A stretch of 64,000 bases of DNA from contig DAHWNL010000039.1 in NCBI GenBank assembly GCA_027339965.1, positions 1 through 64,000 of the forward strand, given 5' to 3'. The notes under the pieces are model-generated. The model was not told the DNA's origin. It saw only the letters and a list, made by a program, of their open reading frames with translations, and made no database searches. Origin of the DNA: Granulicella sp. (GTDB lineage: Bacteria > Acidobacteriota > Terriglobia > Terriglobales > Acidobacteriaceae). A program made the translations under genes and the position numbers. This document shows, in pieces, positions 59,114-64,000 of the stretch (position 1 is the first letter of the stretch; every line of letters begins with the position of its first letter).

Positions 59114-60481
59114 ATGCGCATAGCAGGTCTGAGAAAAGGATGGATTGTGCTGTTTGGAGGGCTCTTGGGGGCCAGTTCCCTCTCCGCCGCCGCACAGCAG
59201 CCGTCGCTGACGCTACGGCAGGCGATTGACCGGGCGCTGGGAAGGAATCCAGAGATAGCAGCAGCAAAGGCGGATGCGCAGTCCGCGGGTGCGGGAGCCA
59301 CCCTAGCGCGAACCGGGTTGTTCCCAACTTTCAACTTCACCGAGGATATCTCGCGCGGCAACGATCCGGTCTATGTCTTTGGAACCAGGCTGCGGCAACA
59401 GCAGTTCACTCAGAGCGATTTTGCGCTCAACTCGTTGAACAAACCCGCTCCCGTAGGAGACTTCGTTACCCGATTCAACGGTTCTTGGAGGATCTTCGAC
59501 TGGTTTGAAACCCAACAGCAGATGAAGGGCGCCAAGCTGGCGGCTGGAAGTGCGACGGCGGTAAGCGATGCGGTAGAGCAGGCGACGGTTCTGCGCGTGG
59601 TAGAGGCCTATCAGTCGATCTTGTTTGCCCAACGGCGAATTGATGTTGCCCAACACGAGCAGACCACCGCGCAAGCGCTGCTGGCGGATGCCAAGGCCAA
59701 CGTAAAAGCCGGGCTGGCTGTGGACTCCGACACACTGGCTGCACAGGTGAACCTCTCCGAGCGGGAGCAGGAGTTGATTGCCGCCCAGGGAGAGATGGAT
59801 ATTGCCTGGGCCAGGTTGGAGACGGCCATGGGAAGCGCAATGCCGGTTCGCCCGGCATTGACGCCAATCGAAGCGCGGAACTATCCCGATGGCGTGCTCT
59901 CTGAAGAGATTGCCAGTGCCCTGAAGATGCGGCCCGATCTGCACGCGTTGGAAGAGCAACAACGGGCGCAGGCGGCAGCCACCAAGGCAGCCAGGGATGA
60001 TTTTGGGCCCAAGGTGAGCGCATACGGCAACTGGGAGATGGACAGGAGTTCCTTTGTCGGCAACGGAGGCAACAATTGGGTTGCCGGGGTTCAACTCACG
60101 ATGGATATCCTCCCGATGGGGAAACGGTCTCGCCTGGCCCAGGAAGAGGCGGCGCGCGAGAAGGCCGCGGCCCAGGAGCGGACCGGCGAAGACCAGATTC
60201 GCCTGGCGGTTCGCCGCGCTTACAGCCAGCATGTGACGGCTGAGCGCATCGTGGCGACAGCTCAGTCCTCCATGCGGCAAGCCACTGAAAGCCTCCGGAT
60301 CATGCGGAACCGTTACAAGGCTGGACTCACCACCATGACGGATCTGCTGCGTGCGGAGGATGCCCGGCGGTTGAGCCAGACCGATTACTGGCAAGCGGTT
60401 TATGGAAACACCATGGCGTATGCCGAGTTGCTCTATGCCACCGGCGCGCTTACTCCTGACTCAGCGGAGAATCTGCAATGA
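59114..60481 (+). CDS. TolC-family outer membrane efflux protein
   Basis: GGAGG RBS, signal peptide, LTLRQAIDRALGRNPEI, RYKAGLTTMTDLLRAE. Confidence 0.92.
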   Translation: MRIAGLRKGWIVLFGGLLGASSLSAAAQQPSLTLRQAIDRALGRNPEIAAAKADAQSAGAGATLARTGLFPTFNFTEDISRGNDPVYVFGTRLRQQQFTQSDFALNSLNKPAPVGDFVTRFNGSWRIFDWFETQQQMKGAKLAAGSATAVSDAVEQATVLRVVEAYQSILFAQRRIDVAQHEQTTAQALLADAKANVKAGLAVDSDTLAAQVNLSEREQELIAAQGEMDIAWARLETAMGSAMPVRPALTPIEARNYPDGVLSEEIASALKMRPDLHALEEQQRAQAAATKAARDDFGPKVSAYGNWEMDRSSFVGNGGNNWVAGVQLTMDILPMGKRSRLAQEEAAREKAAAQERTGEDQIRLAVRRAYSQHVTAERIVATAQSSMRQATESLRIMRNRYKAGLTTMTDLLRAEDARRLSQTDYWQAVYGNTMAYAELLYATGALTPDSAENLQ

Positions 60482-61650
60482 AGAGCTCGATCAAGTCCTT
60501 GTACCCTCTGTTTTCCTTACCCTTGTTGTTTTCCATGTCCGTGGCGCTGCCGACGGGTTGTTCCAGGCAGGCACCGCCCGTGGCTCAAGCTCCGGTGAGC
60601 GTCTCCGCGCAACTTGTCAAAAGCGTTCGACAACCAGAGCCCCAGTGGGTGTGGACCAACGGAACCGTGCATGCGGTGGAGTCGGCTCAGATCTCTGCGC
60701 AAGTGCCCCAACCCATCCGCCAGGTGTTGGTGCAGGCTGGTGCGCATGTCCGCACCGGCCAGGTGCTGGTGATCCTGGACGACGCGGCGATGCGCGCAGC
60801 GCTGAACCGAGCTAACGCCGCCGAGGCTGCCGTGGAGAAAGAGTGGATGGCGGCGCGCACCGATGCTTCGCTGGCCGCCGGCACGCTGGCTCGCTACCAG
60901 GAACTGAGGCAGCAAAACAGCGTGAGTCCACAGGAGTTCGATGAGGTGGAGAAGCGCTCGGAAGCTGCTCAACTGCACGTGCAGTCAGTCGGCGCAGAGC
61001 GCGAAGAGGCGCAGGCGGCGGTGGCGGAGGCTGAGACAGAACTGGGATATACACGGCTGCGAGCGCCGTACAGCGGTGTGATCACGGCGCGGCTGGCCGA
61101 TCCTGGAACGCTGGCATCCCCCGGGACGCCGCTGTTGCAGATAGATCACGATGGACCTATGCAACTGTATACGCAGGTGGATGAGTCGCTGATCAGTACG
61201 GTGCGAGTGGGGATGAAGGTGCCAGTGAAGATGGAAGGCGCGCCCTCGGCGACCGCGGTCGCCGGAACATCCTCAGGGTTCGGTGAGGATCTGGTGGCAA
61301 CCGTAGCCCAGATCGTTCCCGCAGCAGACCCTTCCAGCCGCAGCTTTCAGGTGAAGCTGCAGCTCCCGCCAGCCAATGGGATCCGTGTGGGAATCTATGG
61401 AACCGCGGGCTTCCAGAGCGGAGCCCGAGTGATGATCCTGGCGCCGCGTTCGGCAGTGGTGATGCGAGGCTCCCTGGCCTGCGTCTACGCCCTGGATAGC
61501 CATGGCCTGGCACAACTGCGATACGTCACCTTGGGCAACCAGCATGGGGATCAATTGGAGATTCTCTCCGGGCTCTCCGGCGGGGAGGATCTAGTGAATG
61601 ATCCGGGGGAACGGGATCTCTCGGGAGCGCGGATTGAGGGTCAGCCATGA
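60478..61650 (+). CDS. RND periplasmic adaptor (MFP) lipoprotein
   Basis: LPTGC lipobox-like, V.AGAHVRTGQVLVILD, LRAPYSGVI, ADPSSRSFQVK. Confidence 0.93.
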   Translation: MKSSIKSLYPLFSLPLLFSMSVALPTGCSRQAPPVAQAPVSVSAQLVKSVRQPEPQWVWTNGTVHAVESAQISAQVPQPIRQVLVQAGAHVRTGQVLVILDDAAMRAALNRANAAEAAVEKEWMAARTDASLAAGTLARYQELRQQNSVSPQEFDEVEKRSEAAQLHVQSVGAEREEAQAAVAEAETELGYTRLRAPYSGVITARLADPGTLASPGTPLLQIDHDGPMQLYTQVDESLISTVRVGMKVPVKMEGAPSATAVAGTSSGFGEDLVATVAQIVPAADPSSRSFQVKLQLPPANGIRVGIYGTAGFQSGARVMILAPRSAVVMRGSLACVYALDSHGLAQLRYVTLGNQHGDQLEILSGLSGGEDLVNDPGERDLSGARIEGQP

Positions 61651-64000
61651 AAGAGCCCGGGAAAGACAATTTGCTAAGACACCGGCAACTCGGTCCAGCG
61701 GGCCATCTGGCCCACGCCTTTCTGGACTCCAAGTTGACTCCGCTGATTATCCTGGCATCGCTCGTCCTGGGTATCTTCGCGGTGGTGGCGATTCCGCGCG
61801 AGGAAGACCCCCAGATCCTGGTGCCGATGCTGGATGTGATGACCGCGATGCCGGGCAGCTCTCCACAGGAGGTGGAACAGCGGGTCACCAACCCGATTGA
61901 AGCTCTCATGCACCAGATCCCAGGAGTGGAGTATGTGTACTCCATCTCCAGCCCGGGGCAGAGCCTGGTGATCGTGCGCTTCCTGGTAGGGACGCCAGAG
62001 GGTGATGCTCTGGTGAAGGTTTACAACAAGCTCTACGCGAATGAGGACCGGATCCCGGCGGGCGTTTCGCCACCGCTGGTGAAGGTACACTCCATCGATG
62101 ATGTGCCGATTCTTTCGCTCACCTTATGGGGCTCTCACTACAACGGCTATCAGTTGCGCCAGATGGCTGATGAGGTGGAGCACACCATCCGCGAGATCCC
62201 GGACGTCTCTGAAACCACAGTGATCGGAGGTCAACCACGCGCGATGCGCGTCGTTCTGGACAGCACGAAGCTGGCCGCATTTGGCATCTCTCCCGATGTG
62301 GTAGTCCAACGCTTGAGGAGCGCCAATGCCCGCACTCAAGCCGGAGAGTTCGCCGAGGGAAATCAGGAGATTCAGGTCGACGCGGGCAATGTGTTTCGAA
62401 ATACCGAAGACCTTGCGGGGGTTGTGGTTGGGGTTGACGGAGGGCGTCCGATCTATCTCCGTGATGTCGCCGAGAAGATCGTTGATGGGCCGGCCGATTC
62501 CACGGACTACGTCCTTTTTGGCAATACGGTGCTGAGCGCCCACGGTTCACCAGCCCAAGAGTATCCCGCGGTGACCATCGCCATCGCCAAGCGCAAGGGG
62601 TCCAACGCCACAGACGTTGCCAACGCGGTATTGAAGCGAATCTCCTCAATGCGTGGGATTACTTTGCCCGCCGATGTCACCGTTACGACGACCCGAAACT
62701 ATGGAGAAACGGCGGAGCAGAAGTCCAACACGCTTCTGGAACATCTGTCGTTGGCCACCGTCTCCGTGACGATCCTTGTGGCGCTTTTTCTCGGCTGGAG
62801 AGAGTCCGGAGTGGTGCTGTTGGCGGTCCCTGTGACCCTGGCGCTGACATTGGCAGTCTTCTATGTGCTGGGATACACCCTGAATCGAGTCACGCTGTTT
62901 GCCTTGATCTTCAGCATCGGAATCCTGGTGGATGACGCCATTGTGGTGGTGGAGAATATCGTCCGCCACCTGCGTTTGACCCGAGGCAGCCGGTGCCCGC
63001 CGGGCGAAACGGCCGTGATCGCCGTAGCGGAGGTGGGCAATCCTACCATCCTGGCGACCTTTACCGTGATCGCAGCGATTCTTCCCATGGCCATGGTGCG
63101 CGGCCTGATGGGCCCCTACATGCGGCCCATCCCGGTGGGAGCTTCGTTCGCCATGTTGTTCTCGTTGATGGTGGCCTTCGTGGTCTCTCCCTGGGCAGCG
63201 ATACGGCTGCTGGGGAGCAAGCACCTGGAAGGAGCGCATACCTTCGAGGAGGAGAAGGAAGGCTGGCTGGTGAGAGTATACCGGCGGTCCATGCACCCTC
63301 TGATCTACAAGGCCAAGACCCGCTGGCTCTTCCTTGGCACGCTGGTTGTTCTGCTGCTGGCCTCCATCGCTCTGGTGCCGCTGAAGATGGTGCTGGTGAA
63401 GATGCTCCCGTTCGATAACAAGAGCGAGTTTCAGGTCATCATCAACATGCCGGATGGAACGCCGCTGGAGCAGACCACGCGAGTGGCGCAGGCGCTGGGT
63501 TCCTGCCTGAGCCGGCAAAATGATGTGCTCAACTATCAGATCTATGCGGGAACCTCCGGGCCATATAACTTCAACGGACTGGTTCGGCACTACTATATGC
63601 GACGTCAGCCCAATCAGGCGGACATTCAAGTGAACCTGCTGCCGCCAGAGGAGCGAAGCCTGCAGAGCCACGCCATCGCAAAGCAATTGCGTCCTCTACT
63701 GGACCAGATAGGGAGCCGTTTCGGAGCCCGCATCCAGGTGGCCGAGGTGCCTCCCGGCCCGCCCGTCTTACAGACTTTGGTAGCCGAAATCTATGGTCCC
63801 AGCCTGCAGGGCCAGGTGGCAATCGCTCGCCAGGTGAAGCAGATCTTCCAAGACACCAACGGGGTTGTGGATACGGATTGGTACATGCAGGATCCCCAAC
63901 AGCGATTGGTGATGCGTGTGGATGAGGCCAAGGCGGCGCTGCATGGGGTCCCCGTGGCCGAGGTCGCACAGACCCTGCAATTGGCGGTATCTGGCCAGGA
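61647..64000 (+). CDS. RND (AcrB/CusA-like) permease, runs off the window end (absent from the ORF track)
   Basis: ATGA-coupled start; PREEDPQILVP, GILVDDAIVVVENI, MGPYMRPIP, KMLPFDNKSEFQV. Confidence 0.93.
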   Translation, partial: MKEPGKDNLLRHRQLGPAGHLAHAFLDSKLTPLIILASLVLGIFAVVAIPREEDPQILVPMLDVMTAMPGSSPQEVEQRVTNPIEALMHQIPGVEYVYSISSPGQSLVIVRFLVGTPEGDALVKVYNKLYANEDRIPAGVSPPLVKVHSIDDVPILSLTLWGSHYNGYQLRQMADEVEHTIREIPDVSETTVIGGQPRAMRVVLDSTKLAAFGISPDVVVQRLRSANARTQAGEFAEGNQEIQVDAGNVFRNTEDLAGVVVGVDGGRPIYLRDVAEKIVDGPADSTDYVLFGNTVLSAHGSPAQEYPAVTIAIAKRKGSNATDVANAVLKRISSMRGITLPADVTVTTTRNYGETAEQKSNTLLEHLSLATVSVTILVALFLGWRESGVVLLAVPVTLALTLAVFYVLGYTLNRVTLFALIFSIGILVDDAIVVVENIVRHLRLTRGSRCPPGETAVIAVAEVGNPTILATFTVIAAILPMAMVRGLMGPYMRPIPVGASFAMLFSLMVAFVVSPWAAIRLLGSKHLEGAHTFEEEKEGWLVRVYRRSMHPLIYKAKTRWLFLGTLVVLLLASIALVPLKMVLVKMLPFDNKSEFQVIINMPDGTPLEQTTRVAQALGSCLSRQNDVLNYQIYAGTSGPYNFNGLVRHYYMRRQPNQADIQVNLLPPEERSLQSHAIAKQLRPLLDQIGSRFGARIQVAEVPPGPPVLQTLVAEIYGPSLQGQVAIARQVKQIFQDTNGVVDTDWYMQDPQQRLVMRVDEAKAALHGVPVAEVAQTLQLAVSGQ

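Noticed and set aside
15205..63980. Numerous long antisense or overlapping ORFs in the ORF track
   Set aside because: Shadow frames of well-supported genes in GC-rich DNA, without motifs of their own

Overview
GC-rich chromosomal window, most likely from an Acidobacteriota (subdivision 1-like) bacterium. This is inferred from gene content and protein style (PEP-CTERM protein, TonB-C protein, degenerate NarL regulator, NtrY/X-like pair). Positions ~14.4-64 kb are mostly housekeeping and envelope genes: dgt, a TPR protein, purH, serS, LolA-like, GT-C, a GH18-CE4-GT2 fusion, P5C dehydrogenase, an amidase, alaS, an M13 peptidase, rpsT, phoH-ybeY-CBS-era, ntrYX-like, ABC-2, ald, mreB and a TolC-MFP-RND operon. 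The most interesting part is a tandem integration hotspot at a minus-strand tRNA-Glu(UUC) gene (14142-14216), whose 3' half is repeated at 6791 and 2871. The tRNA-proximal 7.3-kb element looks like a decaying, capsid-less phage satellite. It carries an integrase, a zinc-finger regulator divergent from an excisionase, a primase-less AAA_25 helicase with an iteron-rich 3' end, a TerS-like HTH protein and small coupled ORFs. Its cargo cassette is bracketed by two ~72-bp imperfect-palindrome repeats that I cannot assign to a known site. The distal segment carries a HigBA pair with an amber-inactivated toxin, an intact RHH+Fic pair, IS66 debris and a second integrase remnant. A ~108-bp MITE-like repeat occurs in three copies with a compensated hairpin. 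Accessory genes are heavily pseudogenised while core genes are intact. All calls come from reading the sequence; no database searches were run.
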